NCBI GenBank assembly: GCA_030148225.1
Contig: JASBTX010000038.1
Coordinates: 152,434 to 216,433, forward strand
Reading direction: 5' to 3'
From: Paracoccaceae bacterium
GTDB taxonomy: Bacteria; Pseudomonadota; Alphaproteobacteria; Rhodobacterales; Rhodobacteraceae
DNA length: 64,000 nucleotides
Part shown: positions 19,038-29,067 of the stretch, piece after piece
Numbering within the stretch: the first letter of the stretch is position 1
Layout: each line of letters begins with the position of its first letter
Made by a program: the position numbers and the translations under genes
Notes under the pieces: generated by a model
What the model was told of the DNA's origin: nothing
Database searches by the model: none
The model's input: only the letters and a program-made list of their open reading frames with translations

Positions 19038-19874
19038 ATGGCCAATAGCGGCGTTGGCGGCGGTCTGACCCGCCGCCAGCTTTTTGAGCGCAGGGCGCGC
19101 CGGCGCGCGCTGATCATTGCCAGCACAAGCAGCCTGGCCGTGGTGCTGGCGATTGTCCTTCTTGTGCCGCTGGCGCCGGGTTGGGAGGCGGTCAAGAACA
19201 GCTTTTTCAACGGCGAGGTTTTTCTGCGCACCTTTCCGACGCTGCTCAGGGCCTTCCTGCTGGATATGCTGATCTTTGCGTGGTGCGCGCCGCTGATCGC
19301 CATCTGGGCGCTGGTGATCGCGATTTGCCGCGACGTGCAGTCGCCCGCGCTCTATCCGCTGCGGATATTCGCCACGATCTACACCGATGTGTTTCGCGGT
19401 GTGCCGGTGATCCTGGTGGTGTATCTGATCGGGTTCGGTGTGCCGGGCCTTGGCCTGCCGCGTCCGTGGAACAGCCCCTATATCTGGGGGTCGCTGGCGC
19501 TGATCCTGACCTATTCGGCCTATGTCGCTGAAATCTATCGCTCGGGCATCGAATCGATCCATGCCTCGCAGCGGGCCGCCGCGCATTCGCTGGGCCTCTC
19601 GGGGGCGGATGTCATGCGTTTCGTCATCCTGCCACAGGCCGTGCGCCGGGTGGTGCCGGCCAATATGAACATGCTGATCGCACTGCAAAAGGATGTGGCG
19701 CTTTTGTCCTTTATCGGGCCGGTCGAGATATTCCGCCAGGCCGGTGTCTATAAATCACTTCTGGCCAACTTCACCCCCTATGTGGTGGCCGCCGTGATCT
19801 TTCTGGCGATCACCGTGCCGGCGACGCGGTTTGCCGATGCCCTTTTGGCGCGCCAGAACAGGGCACGCAGCTGA
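19038..19874 (+). CDS. amino-acid ABC transporter permease
   Basis: HisM/GlnP-type permease with an EAA-like loop (ESIHASQRAAAHSLGLSGADVMRFVILPQA). Confidence 0.8.
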   Translation: MANSGVGGGLTRRQLFERRARRRALIIASTSSLAVVLAIVLLVPLAPGWEAVKNSFFNGEVFLRTFPTLLRAFLLDMLIFAWCAPLIAIWALVIAICRDVQSPALYPLRIFATIYTDVFRGVPVILVVYLIGFGVPGLGLPRPWNSPYIWGSLALILTYSAYVAEIYRSGIESIHASQRAAAHSLGLSGADVMRFVILPQAVRRVVPANMNMLIALQKDVALLSFIGPVEIFRQAGVYKSLLANFTPYVVAAVIFLAITVPATRFADALLARQNRARS

Positions 19875-19875
19875 G

Positions 19876-20607
19876 ATGGCCAGACTGGAACTCAGGAATG
19901 TGGCCAAGGGCTTTGGCGGTGTCCCGGTCTGCCGTGATATTTCACTGACCGTAGAGAGCGGTGACATGGTCTGCCTGATCGGGGCCTCGGGCTCGGGCAA
20001 ATCAACGCTTTTGCGTTGCATGAACCTGCTCGAGCCCATCGATGACGGCGCGATCTATCTGGATGGACAGGATATTTCCGAGCCAGAGCTTGATCCCCAG
20101 CCGATCCGGCGCCGCATCGGTATCGTATTTCAGAGCTTCAACCTCTTCCCGCATATGAGCGCGGCGGAAAACGTGATGCTGGCCCCCCGCCGCGTCCATC
20201 ACCGCGACCGCGCATCACTCTTGCCGGAAATTCAGGCGCTTTTCGATCGTTTCGGTCTGGCGGACCGTATGCAGCATTATCCCGATCAGCTCTCGGGGGG
20301 GCAGCAACAGCGCGTGGCCATCATCCGCGCGCTGGCCATGCAGCCCGAGATCATGCTTTTTGACGAGATAACCTCGGCCCTTGACCCGCAGCTGGTGGGT
20401 GAGGTTCTGGACGTGTTGCGACAGCTGAAGTCGCAGGGCATGACAATGGTACTGGCGACGCATGAAATGGGTTTTGCGCGCGAGGCAGCGGACAAGGTCT
20501 GTTTCCTGCATCAGGGTGTGATCGTCGAGGAGGGGCCGCCGGAACAGATCTTTGACGCGCCCGAGGCGCCTGAAACCCGGGCCTTTCTGCAGGCGGTCGT
20601 CAAATGA
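19876..20607 (+). CDS. amino-acid ABC transporter ATP-binding protein
   Basis: GASGSGKST, LSGGQQQRVAIIRAL, LFDEITSALD, ATHEM. Start set at the internal ATG directly after the permease stop. Confidence 0.9.
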   Translation: MARLELRNVAKGFGGVPVCRDISLTVESGDMVCLIGASGSGKSTLLRCMNLLEPIDDGAIYLDGQDISEPELDPQPIRRRIGIVFQSFNLFPHMSAAENVMLAPRRVHHRDRASLLPEIQALFDRFGLADRMQHYPDQLSGGQQQRVAIIRALAMQPEIMLFDEITSALDPQLVGEVLDVLRQLKSQGMTMVLATHEMGFAREAADKVCFLHQGVIVEEGPPEQIFDAPEAPETRAFLQAVVK

Positions 20608-20664
20608 TTTCCGCCCTCTTGCGCGCCGCCCGCACCCCCGATATGGCGCATTCCGGATCGGAGG

Positions 20665-21801
20665 ATGCGCGTGCGCAAACGCTTTTCATTTGAACTTGGC
20701 GCCACGGACGGGCGCGCGCGGACCGGGGTCATCAAAACGCCCCGGGGTGATATCCGCACGCCCGCCTTCATGCCCGTGGGTACCGCCGCGACGGTCAAGG
20801 CCATGCGGCCCGAAGCGGTGCGCGAGACCGGTGCCGATATCCTGTTGGGCAATACCTATCACCTGATGCTGCGCCCGACGGCGGAACGGATTGACCGGCT
20901 GGGCGGGCTGCATGATTTCATGAACTGGCAGCGCCCTATCCTGACCGATAGCGGCGGTTTTCAGGTCATGAGCCTGGCCGGGCTCAGAAAACTGACCGAA
21001 GATGGCGTGACATTCAAATCCCACATTGACGGCGCGTCGTATATGCTCTCGCCCGAAAGGTCGATGGAGATTCAGCGCCTGCTTGGCTCGGATATCGTGA
21101 TGTGTTTCGACGAATGCCCGGCACTGCCCGCCGACCGTGACCACATCGCCGAGAGCATGCGCCTGTCGATGCGGTGGGCGCAGCGCAGCCGCGACGCCTT
21201 TGGCGACCGCCCGGGCCATGCGCTTTTCGGCATTCAGCAGGGCGGGCTGGAGGAGGATCTGCGCGCCGAAAGCGCCGAGGCGCTGCGCGAGATCGGCTTT
21301 GACGGCTATGCCATTGGCGGCCTTGCCGTGGGCGAGGGGCAGGCGGCGATGTTCGCGACGCTGGATTATGCGCCTGCGCAGCTGCCCGCCGATGCGCCGC
21401 GCTATCTGATGGGCGTGGGCAAGCCCGATGATATCGTCGGTGCGGTGGCGCGCGGCGTGGACATGATGGATTGCGTGCTGCCGTCGCGTTCGGGTCGGAC
21501 GGGGCAGGTCTTTACCCGGCGGGGGGTGCTGAATATCAAGAATGCCCGCCATCAGGATGACCCCCGGCCGCTGGATGCGGCCTGCCGCTGCCCTGCCTGC
21601 ACGGGATACAGCCGCGCCTATCTGCACCATGTTTTCCGGTCGCAGGAAATCATCTCGTCGATGCTGCTGACATGGCACAACCTGACCTATTATCAGGATC
21701 TGATGGCCGGCATGCGCGACGCCATCGCCGCAGGTGAATTTGCCCGGTTCACGCGTGAATTCGACGAAGCCCGCGCCGAGGGTGATATCGAACCGCTTTG
21801 A
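20665..21801 (+). CDS. tgt: tRNA-guanine transglycosylase (queuine tRNA-ribosyltransferase)
   Basis: [29 protein letters not shown] and the zinc site CxCxxC...H ([16 protein letters not shown]). Confidence 0.9.
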   Translation: MRVRKRFSFELGATDGRARTGVIKTPRGDIRTPAFMPVGTAATVKAMRPEAVRETGADILLGNTYHLMLRPTAERIDRLGGLHDFMNWQRPILTDSGGFQVMSLAGLRKLTEDGVTFKSHIDGASYMLSPERSMEIQRLLGSDIVMCFDECPALPADRDHIAESMRLSMRWAQRSRDAFGDRPGHALFGIQQGGLEEDLRAESAEALREIGFDGYAIGGLAVGEGQAAMFATLDYAPAQLPADAPRYLMGVGKPDDIVGAVARGVDMMDCVLPSRSGRTGQVFTRRGVLNIKNARHQDDPRPLDAACRCPACTGYSRAYLHHVFRSQEIISSMLLTWHNLTYYQDLMAGMRDAIAAGEFARFTREFDEARAEGDIEPL

Positions 21802-21981
21802 AGTGCTCTGCTGCACCTTTCGTTGCGCGATGCCGCACAATCTGCGGCCACCCGAAGGCGTTGTTGCGTAGCCGGAATTCCCGTGGCCAAAGCTGCTATT
21901 CGGTGGCGGCATTAACCACAATCTTTGCTTGCCCCCGCCCCTGAATAGCGTCATTCTTGCGGCCAATAACAAGAGCCGAGG

Positions 21982-22009
21982 TTGACACGCATCGACAGGG
22001 GCCCCACCT
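21982..22009 (+). promoter_or_regulatory. candidate RpoH (sigma32)-type heat-shock promoter for lon
   Basis: gTTGACA (21982-21987), 14 nt, then CCCCACCT (22002-22009). This resembles CTTGAAA-N13-15-CCCCATNT and lies about 75 nt upstream of the lon ATG. Confidence 0.35.
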
Positions 22010-22085
22010 GAAGTATCCGAATGGAGGGAGCCGGATTTCGCCGTTTCGACGGGAAAAGCGTTCCCTTGCTGAACAAGGACAACAC

Positions 22086-24497
22086 ATGAACGAGCAAATC
22101 AACGCCACCTATCCGGTGCTTCCGCTGCGCGACATCGTCGTCTTTCCCCATATGATCGTGCCGCTTTTTGTTGGTCGGGAAAAATCCGTCCGCGCCCTCG
22201 AAGAGGTGATGCAGGATGACAAGCAGATCCTGCTGTCAAGCCAGACCGACCCGTCGGTCGATGATCCCGATCACGATGGCATCTACGAGATGGGTGTGCT
22301 GGCCAACGTGCTGCAATTGCTGAAACTGCCTGATGGCACCGTCAAGGTTCTGGTCGAAGGCCGCCAGCGTGCGCGCATCGACGCCTATATCGAAAACGAA
22401 AGCTTCTTTGAGGCCCGCGCCACGCTGCTGGAAGAGGACCCCGGCGATCCCGCCACCATCGAGGCGCTGGTGCGTTCGGTCTCGACCGATTTCGAGCGCT
22501 ACGCCAAGGTCAAGAAAAACGTCCCCGAAGAGGCGCTGGCCTCGATCGCGGAAACCCGCGAACCGGCCAAGCTGGCCGATCTGGTCTCTGGCCATCTGGG
22601 CATCGAGGTGATGCACAAGCAGGAATTGCTTGAAACACTCTCTGTAACCGACCGTCTTGAAAAGGTTTTTGGCCTGATGCAGGGCGAGATGAGCGTGCTC
22701 AAGGTCGAAAAGAAGATCAAGACGCGCGTCAAATCGCAGATGGAGCGGACGCAGCGCGAGTATTACCTGAATGAGCAGATGAAGGCCATTCAGAAAGAGC
22801 TGGGCGATGGCGAGGAAGGCCAGAATGAAGTCGCCGAGTTGGAAGAAAAGATCGCCGAGACCAAACTGTCCAAGGAGGCCCGCGAAAAGGCCGAGGCAGA
22901 GGTCAAGAAGCTGAAAAACATGTCGCCCATGTCGGCCGAGGCGACCGTGGTGCGCAATTATCTTGACTGGATGCTTTCGATCCCGTGGGGCAAGAAATCC
23001 CGCGTCAAGAAAAACCTCGATAACGCCCAGAAGGTGCTGGATGACGATCATTACGGCCTTGAAAAGGTCAAGGAACGGATCGTCGAATATCTGGCTGTTC
23101 AGCAGCGCTCGGCCAAGCTGAAAGGGCCGATCATGTGCCTCGTCGGACCGCCCGGCGTGGGCAAGACGTCGCTGGGCAAATCCGTGGCGCGGGCCACGGG
23201 GCGCGAGTTTATCCGGATTTCGCTGGGCGGCGTGCGTGACGAGAGCGAAATTCGCGGCCACCGCCGGACCTATATCGGCTCTATGCCCGGCAAGATCATT
23301 CAGGCGCTGAAAAAGGCCAAGACAACCAATCCGCTGATCCTTCTGGACGAGATCGACAAGATGGGACAAGATTTCCGGGGCGATCCGGCCTCGGCCATGC
23401 TCGAGGTGCTGGACCCCGAGCAGAACTCGACCTTTATCGATCACTATCTCGAGGTCGAATATGACCTCTCGAACGTGATGTTCCTGACCACGGCAAACTC
23501 ATACAACATGCCCAGTCCGCTTCTGGACCGGATGGAGATCATCCCGCTTGCCGGTTACACCGAGCAGGAGAAAAAGGAGATCGCCAAACAGCATCTGATC
23601 GCCAAGCAGGTCAAGAACCACGGGCTGCGCAAGGGTGAATTCGCCATCTCGGACGAAGCGCTGACCGAGGTGATCCGCACCTACACACGCGAGGCCGGTG
23701 TGCGGAACCTCGAACGGGAAATCGCCAAGCTGGCGCGCAAATCCGTAACCCGCATCATCCGCAAGGAAGTCAGCGAAATCAACATTCAACCGGACGACCT
23801 TGAAGCATATCTCGGGGTCAAGCGGTTCCGTTATGGCCTGGCCGAGAAAGAGGATCAGGTCGGGGTTGTCACGGGGCTGGCTTATACCAGCGTCGGGGGT
23901 GATCTGCTCTCGATCGAGGCGCTGAAACTGCCTGGCAAGGGCCGGATGAAGACCACGGGCAAGCTGGGTGATGTGATGAAGGAATCCATCGACGCCGCCG
24001 CATCCTATGTCAGGTCGATCTCGCCGCAGATCGGTGTGAAGCCGCCCAAGTTCGAATCCATTGACATCCACGTCCACGTTCCCGAGGGTGCGACGCCCAA
24101 GGACGGGCCGTCGGCGGGTCTGGCGATGGTCACGTCGATCGTTTCGGTGCTGACGGGCATTCCCGTGCGCAAGGATATCGCCATGACCGGCGAGGTGACG
24201 CTGCGGGGCAATGCGCTGGCGATCGGCGGGCTCAAGGAAAAACTGCTTGCGGCACTGCGTGGCGGTGTCACGACCGTGCTCATCCCCGAAGAGAATGAAA
24301 AGGACCTTTCCGAGATACCTGATGTGGTCAAGGACGGGTTGACGATCATTCCGGTCGGGCATGTGATGGATGTGCTTAAGCACGCGCTGGTTTCTGCGCC
24401 GGAACCCATCGAATGGGATGAAGAAGCCGAAGAGGCCGCGCGCGCGCAGTCAGCACTGGCCGCAGATGACGGCGGCGCTGGCGCGACCGCGCATTAG
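22086..24497 (+). CDS. lon: ATP-dependent Lon protease
   Basis: 803 aa from [23 protein letters not shown]. Walker [10 protein letters not shown] and the protease site PKDGPSAG are present. The upstream extension of the track ORF has no homology logic. Confidence 0.95.
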   Translation: MNEQINATYPVLPLRDIVVFPHMIVPLFVGREKSVRALEEVMQDDKQILLSSQTDPSVDDPDHDGIYEMGVLANVLQLLKLPDGTVKVLVEGRQRARIDAYIENESFFEARATLLEEDPGDPATIEALVRSVSTDFERYAKVKKNVPEEALASIAETREPAKLADLVSGHLGIEVMHKQELLETLSVTDRLEKVFGLMQGEMSVLKVEKKIKTRVKSQMERTQREYYLNEQMKAIQKELGDGEEGQNEVAELEEKIAETKLSKEAREKAEAEVKKLKNMSPMSAEATVVRNYLDWMLSIPWGKKSRVKKNLDNAQKVLDDDHYGLEKVKERIVEYLAVQQRSAKLKGPIMCLVGPPGVGKTSLGKSVARATGREFIRISLGGVRDESEIRGHRRTYIGSMPGKIIQALKKAKTTNPLILLDEIDKMGQDFRGDPASAMLEVLDPEQNSTFIDHYLEVEYDLSNVMFLTTANSYNMPSPLLDRMEIIPLAGYTEQEKKEIAKQHLIAKQVKNHGLRKGEFAISDEALTEVIRTYTREAGVRNLEREIAKLARKSVTRIIRKEVSEINIQPDDLEAYLGVKRFRYGLAEKEDQVGVVTGLAYTSVGGDLLSIEALKLPGKGRMKTTGKLGDVMKESIDAAASYVRSISPQIGVKPPKFESIDIHVHVPEGATPKDGPSAGLAMVTSIVSVLTGIPVRKDIAMTGEVTLRGNALAIGGLKEKLLAALRGGVTTVLIPEENEKDLSEIPDVVKDGLTIIPVGHVMDVLKHALVSAPEPIEWDEEAEEAARAQSALAADDGGAGATAH

Positions 24498-24526
24498 GCG
24501 CACGAGACCGCAAAGAGGTTAAAACA

Positions 24527-24560
24527 GACCGCTCCGGCCATCGGAGCGGTCATTTCTTTG
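24527..24560 (+). terminator. rho-independent terminator of lon
   Basis: GACCGCTCCG-gccat-CGGAGCGGTC forms a perfect 10 bp stem, followed by ATTTCTTTG. Confidence 0.8.
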
Positions 24561-24642
24561 CGAATTGCAATGGTTTTTCGACGGGAATTTGAGGATTTTG
24601 TTGGTAAATCTGGGTATATTCTGACAAGATACCACTAAATAT

Positions 24643-25092
24643 ATGAAAAAGAGCGGGGCAGTCATGGCAACTCCTACCGGGAAACCAACCAAGAAGAAGA
24701 CCACGGCGCGCAAGACGCCGGTGCGTGCAACGGCGCGGACGGCGAAGAAAAAGAAAGCCTCTGCCGTGCAGGAGGCGGTGGTCAAGGCGATCACCAAACC
24801 CGACGCGGTTGCGCCGGTGCGGCTGGATGAAAAGATGGTCGCGATCCGCAAGGGCGAGCTGGCCGAACGGATCGCGGTGAAATCGGGCCTGAAAAAGCGC
24901 GACGCCCGGCTGGCAGCCGAGGCGGCGATTTCGGTGATCACCGCTGCACTCGAAGCCGGCGAAACCATCGTGATCCCACAGGTGGCCAAGCTGATGCCGA
25001 TCAAGCGCCGCGCGCTCGCGCAGGGCGCGGTCGTCACCGCCAAGATCCGGATCAAGGGTGCCGCCGATGCCGCGCCGGAGGCAGCGGAATAA
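24643..25092 (+). CDS. HU-like DNA-binding protein with Lys/Thr/Ala-rich N-terminal tail
   Basis: It sits in the position hupB usually occupies downstream of lon. The core KGELAERIAVKSGLKKRDARLAAEAAISVITAALEAGETIVIP resembles HU helices 1-2. The N-terminus PTGKPTKKKTTARKTPVRATARTAKKKK is histone-H1-like. ATG 24664 is an alternative start. Confidence 0.5.
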   Translation: MKKSGAVMATPTGKPTKKKTTARKTPVRATARTAKKKKASAVQEAVVKAITKPDAVAPVRLDEKMVAIRKGELAERIAVKSGLKKRDARLAAEAAISVITAALEAGETIVIPQVAKLMPIKRRALAQGAVVTAKIRIKGAADAAPEAAE

Positions 25093-25225
25093 AGCGCCCC
25101 GCCGTGATTGAAGGGGGTGTGTGTCCGGGCGGCATGGTTCAATCGGATGCCATGCAAAAAAACCTGAAATAATTGCGCCCGCACCCTTGCAGTGGCGCGG
25201 CGGTTTGGGCTAATTCACCGCTGGC

Positions 25226-25301
<76 letters not shown>

Positions 25302-25529
25302 TTCCCCCAGTTTCTTAGGCCAAGGCATGAAATTCCGCCCGCTTGGGTTGACGCCGTTGGCCTGACACCAGTGGGCTACCTCCGCATCGTCACGTGGACA
25401 CCATTCAATGCGCCGTCGGATTCCTAGTTTCCTGCGCTGCGCACCGCTCGGGTTGCGCAGCATAGGTTGTTCGCCGGAGGATGCCAAATGGGGCCATTCT
25501 CTGCCGGTTCCCGAGCTGGCTGGTGGCCA

Positions 25530-26966
25530 TTACGTATCGTTCACGCGCGGCAGCGCGGCCGTGACGAATGGCCGGGGCAGGGCGCGGCGCAATCTGTCGC
25601 CAAGCGCCTCGTCCAGCCGCTGGCGCTGGCCTTCGATCCTGAGTTCGGCACCCGCCCCCACCGAACGCAGCGCCTTGAATTCATGCCGGTTTATCAGATC
25701 GCTCTGGCTCTCTTGGGTGAGGGTGACATTGATCAGGAAGTTTCCGTCACCTGTCGGGCGCGGCGGTGTTTCGGTATCCAGCCGACCCGAGAGCGGACGT
25801 GTCTCCGCCCCCAGCCCCACGATCCGGATCAGAACGCGCCTTTCGGTGTCGAGTGCGGTCAGAAGATCGCCCGGCACCATCGCGGTAACGGCGTAGGGTC
25901 CCTCATGCGAGGCCGATAATTCGATCACCGGCGCATCCTGTTCAAACACCGCGTTGCCGGTCTGGCGGATGCGATAAATCTCTCCGGTGCTTGGCGCGCG
26001 AATCTCGGGGTTGTCCATGAGCACCTGCAATTGCGAGAGCGCCAGCGAGAGCGCGTCAATGTCACTGCTGAGCGCATGTGCTGCCTGCAGATTTTCCGAT
26101 TGCCGGGTGCTTTCGGCGTCGCGCGCGGCTTTTTCGAGGCGTGCGATATCGCCTTCCAGCAGTGATTTGGTCAGTTTCAGGCTCAACCCGGCGGTAACAT
26201 GGCCCAGCCGCGTCTGCAGGGGGCTATCTCCGTCGCGCGCGCGCCGGGCCAGCAAATTGATGCGGCGTTCAATGATGCGAACCTGCCCACCCATCCGGTC
26301 GATATCGGTCTGACGTTGGGCCGCGTCATCGGCAATTCGGGCCGTCATCAGCGCGCAGGATTTGCGCGCGGCCAGAAAGGCAAACCGCAGATCCGGCCCC
26401 GGGTGCGGCTCGGCCATCATGTCCCACGCGGGAATTGCGCTGTCCGCCGTTTCGGTCCGGGCCGGATTATCCGAGAATTCAGCGGATGTGTCATTGCCGG
26501 CCCGGCTGCCGATTAAACTTTCGCCGGTTTCCATATCCTCGGACGCGGCGGTGATCTGCTCGACGCTAATATTGCCTGTCGGCACGTCTCCGACCAAAAG
26601 GCATTCCCGTCTCAGGCGCAGCGCCACGCGCTGTCGGTTGAGAGCAGCGAATTTCTGCCTCAGCGTCGCCTCGTCCAGCAGAAACAGGATATCGCCCGCA
26701 TCCACCCTGTCGCCTTCGTGCACCAGCATCGTGCTGATGCGGGCATATTTGGGCAGGATGACCTGCTGGCGCGCATCCGCGGCCCGGATTTCACCGTTCA
26801 GCGAAAACCGGGACGGCACGGTGGCCTTGCGGATCAACAGCGCAGCCGAACCCAGCAGAACAAGCGCTGCCATGATGCCGAGGATAACCATCGCCGCCAT
26901 GCGCGGGGTGATCCGGGCGCTGCCATGCGCCTGGACGGCGACAGCTTCTGATGGGTTACCGTGCAT
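25530..26966 (-). CDS. HlyD-family membrane-fusion (periplasmic adaptor) protein
   Basis: N-terminal TM helix (MAAMVILGIMAALVLLGSAALLI), a lipoyl-like block (ARISTMLVHEGDRVDAGDILFLLD), a long coiled-coil middle and a beta-barrel end (IRAPSTGEIYRI). Start is uncertain (26966 overlapping the upstream stop, or 26900). Confidence 0.75.
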   Translation of the reverse strand: MHGNPSEAVAVQAHGSARITPRMAAMVILGIMAALVLLGSAALLIRKATVPSRFSLNGEIRAADARQQVILPKYARISTMLVHEGDRVDAGDILFLLDEATLRQKFAALNRQRVALRLRRECLLVGDVPTGNISVEQITAASEDMETGESLIGSRAGNDTSAEFSDNPARTETADSAIPAWDMMAEPHPGPDLRFAFLAARKSCALMTARIADDAAQRQTDIDRMGGQVRIIERRINLLARRARDGDSPLQTRLGHVTAGLSLKLTKSLLEGDIARLEKAARDAESTRQSENLQAAHALSSDIDALSLALSQLQVLMDNPEIRAPSTGEIYRIRQTGNAVFEQDAPVIELSASHEGPYAVTAMVPGDLLTALDTERRVLIRIVGLGAETRPLSGRLDTETPPRPTGDGNFLINVTLTQESQSDLINRHEFKALRSVGAGAELRIEGQRQRLDEALGDRLRRALPRPFVTAALPRVNDT

Positions 26967-28869
26967 CCTGCACCGCGTTGCGCGGTGCCAGCCGCGGATC
27001 ATATGTGGCGATCTTGACGGTGATCACGCGTTCACCGTTCTGCAGATCGTGGTCGAAATGCTGGCTGCCCCTGATGATCTGCGCCAGCGCCGAGCGCGGG
27101 CGGCCGAGCGCGAGGTTTTCGGCATCCTGACGCGCCCTTGCCATTTGCGTGCTGCCGATGGCGGCGCCCCGGTCGCGCATGCGCAATACGCAATGACCCT
27201 TTTGGTTCTTGAAATCGAAGGTCAGCGTCTGTGCCTCACTTCCCGTTATGTCCTGACAGGACAATGCCAGCATTTCACCGGCGATATTGATGACGTTGCG
27301 CCGGTTCTTTTCATCACCTGAGCGGCGGAAATGCGATCTGATCCAGGATTGGAGCGCGTCTTCGGCCTCGAGGGTGCGCTCGGACACGAGGCGCGACCAG
27401 CCCGACAACCTGCGGGCGCGAATGTCATCCGCTGGCCCCGAATCGATCAGCCGCCCCTCCTCGAGGACGATCAGCGTGTCGCACATTTCCAGTAGCGCGC
27501 GATTGTCGGTGGCAACAACAAAGCTGCGCCCGGCGCGGCGTTCGATCTGGATGCGCTGGCAAAGCGCGGCGATCATCGCTTCGTTGGCGCCATCCTCGGG
27601 CCGGTCAAAGAGATAGAGCGCGGGGTTCATCAGAAACGCGCGCGCCAGTCCCAGGGCCTTTTGCCAGGATGTCGGCAAATCGCGCATATCCGGCGCGGCC
27701 AGAATCATCTCGGCGGTTTCGCGGGAAAAGAGCATCTGTTCGAGGATGCGCACCGCCCGGTCGGCCTGGCCCACGCGCTGAAAACAGGTGATGTTGTTCA
27801 TGCCGCTGGCGGCGAAACCGAGCGGGCGTGGGGGGACATGTGCCACCGGCAGCGCCGCTGGTGCGGAAGATCGCCGCCAGAGCGAGCGGCCATCAAAGCG
27901 GACCCCGCCCTCAACCGACATGCCCGTCAGGTCATGCGGTGCGACAATGGCGTCCAAAAGCAGGCTCTTGCCGGCGCCAGCGCCGCCAATGATGCCGGTC
28001 ATCGTGCCCGGCTCGAGCGAGAGGTTTATCGGCCCCAGAATGGTCTGTCCGCCGCGCCGCATGACATTGAGATCGCTGATCTCCAATCCCCGTTCATCCG
28101 CATCAACAAGGCCCGATTCGCGAACGCGCGCATCGGGCCGCGCGCCGTCGCGCCGGTCCAGTGTATCCTGCAGGAACCGGCCAATCATCTCGGACGACGA
28201 GAGCACGAGGAGCAGGCTTGCCGTCATCGCGACGGGTTCCATCACGCCCCGCATGGCCAGAACCCCCGAGATCAGAAGCGTGGCCAGAAATCCGACAGCA
28301 TTGGTCAGATTGCCCAGCGCAGCCTGCCCGGAAACAGGGAGTGCCGGAGTGGCCTGCGCCAGTTCAAATCCGCGCCGGTCACGGCCTGCCAGAATTGATA
28401 CCGCCTCGGCCGGGTTGAAATCCCAGCGGGCACTGGCAATTGTGGCCCGGAACACGGCCAGTATCAGCCCCGCGCGCAGTGCGACCGCGCCCAAAAGGCC
28501 AAGCCCCAGCAGGGGATGGACGAATTCAAGCGTCAGGAATACAAGGACGCCCATGGCGGCGCGCACGGTGTTCTGCACGCGCGTCGTCCCGCCCAGAAAC
28601 CCCGCCATTGCCCGGTCTTGCGTTAGCTCGAGTATCGTCGCGGCAAGTGCCGGCACAAGACCGGCCAGCGCCAGTATCGGCAAAAGCGATGCATCCTGCA
28701 TATCCAGTACAAAGGATTGAAAAAGCAGTGCAACCAGCGCCAGCGAGAGCCAGAGCACCGACGCCAGCGTTCCCAGGACCCAGCTGAAAATCTGCACCCA
28801 TCCCGGCAATGCGCGGTCCTGACAGGGCAGGGGGATTGCGGTATCCTCTTCAGGTGTCGCTTCTGCCAT
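26956..28869 (-). CDS. ABC-exporter-like protein: membrane domain, degenerate NBD and C-terminal GHKL/RsbW-like domain
   Basis: ATG at 28869 is preceded by GGAGGA. About 240 aa are polytopic. Walker A GGAGAGKS is intact, but the signature motif (LPTSW), Walker B catalytic residue (FDRPEDG), Q-loop and H-loop are all substituted. The last ~150 aa follow an anti-sigma-kinase-like pattern (see findings). Confidence 0.7.
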   Translation of the reverse strand: MAEATPEEDTAIPLPCQDRALPGWVQIFSWVLGTLASVLWLSLALVALLFQSFVLDMQDASLLPILALAGLVPALAATILELTQDRAMAGFLGGTTRVQNTVRAAMGVLVFLTLEFVHPLLGLGLLGAVALRAGLILAVFRATIASARWDFNPAEAVSILAGRDRRGFELAQATPALPVSGQAALGNLTNAVGFLATLLISGVLAMRGVMEPVAMTASLLLVLSSSEMIGRFLQDTLDRRDGARPDARVRESGLVDADERGLEISDLNVMRRGGQTILGPINLSLEPGTMTGIIGGAGAGKSLLLDAIVAPHDLTGMSVEGGVRFDGRSLWRRSSAPAALPVAHVPPRPLGFAASGMNNITCFQRVGQADRAVRILEQMLFSRETAEMILAAPDMRDLPTSWQKALGLARAFLMNPALYLFDRPEDGANEAMIAALCQRIQIERRAGRSFVVATDNRALLEMCDTLIVLEEGRLIDSGPADDIRARRLSGWSRLVSERTLEAEDALQSWIRSHFRRSGDEKNRRNVINIAGEMLALSCQDITGSEAQTLTFDFKNQKGHCVLRMRDRGAAIGSTQMARARQDAENLALGRPRSALAQIIRGSQHFDHDLQNGERVITVKIATYDPRLAPRNAVQDAR

Positions 28870-29067
28870 GAATCCTCCGATTTGGCCCGAAAATCCCCAA
28901 ACGGGACCAGCCGACTTTCACCGATAGGGGCAGAGCGTAAATTTTTGGTTTCGCGGGTCTCGCCGGTCAAAAGGCGTGGGCAAAGGGACGCAATCGTTTC
29001 AAATTTATCGGTTAGAGGGATTTTAACCCCACCCCGCCTAGATCGGCGCAGGTCTGGGACGGGGAGC

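Noticed and set aside
18210-19688. 492-aa minus-strand ORF spanning the ABC substrate-binding and permease genes
   Set aside because: It is Arg/His/Gly/Pro/Gln-rich and of low complexity. It lies antisense to two genes with clear family signatures. Stop-free antisense frames of this kind are expected in high-GC DNA.
20686-21972. 428-aa minus-strand ORF antisense to tgt
   Set aside because: The opposite strand encodes an unmistakable tRNA-guanine transglycosylase, and the antisense product has no motifs and a skewed composition.
21957-22085. 43-codon N-terminal extension of the lon ORF in the track
   Set aside because: The conserved Lon N-terminus begins at the ATG at 22086, which has an AAGGA SD. 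The extension would run through the candidate heat-shock promoter.
22236-23444. 402-aa minus-strand ORF inside lon (a similar one lies at 23499..24383)
   Set aside because: It is antisense to the highly conserved Lon AAA+ and protease regions and is considered a GC-driven artefact.
28870-29067. Search for shared operator motifs in the two divergent control regions of the glucan locus (also 37884..38045, which contains a GGTTAACC palindrome)
   Set aside because: I saw only short, low-information repeats (CCGATA/TATCGG about 85 nt apart, and an 8-bp palindrome), and nothing is shared convincingly between the two regions.
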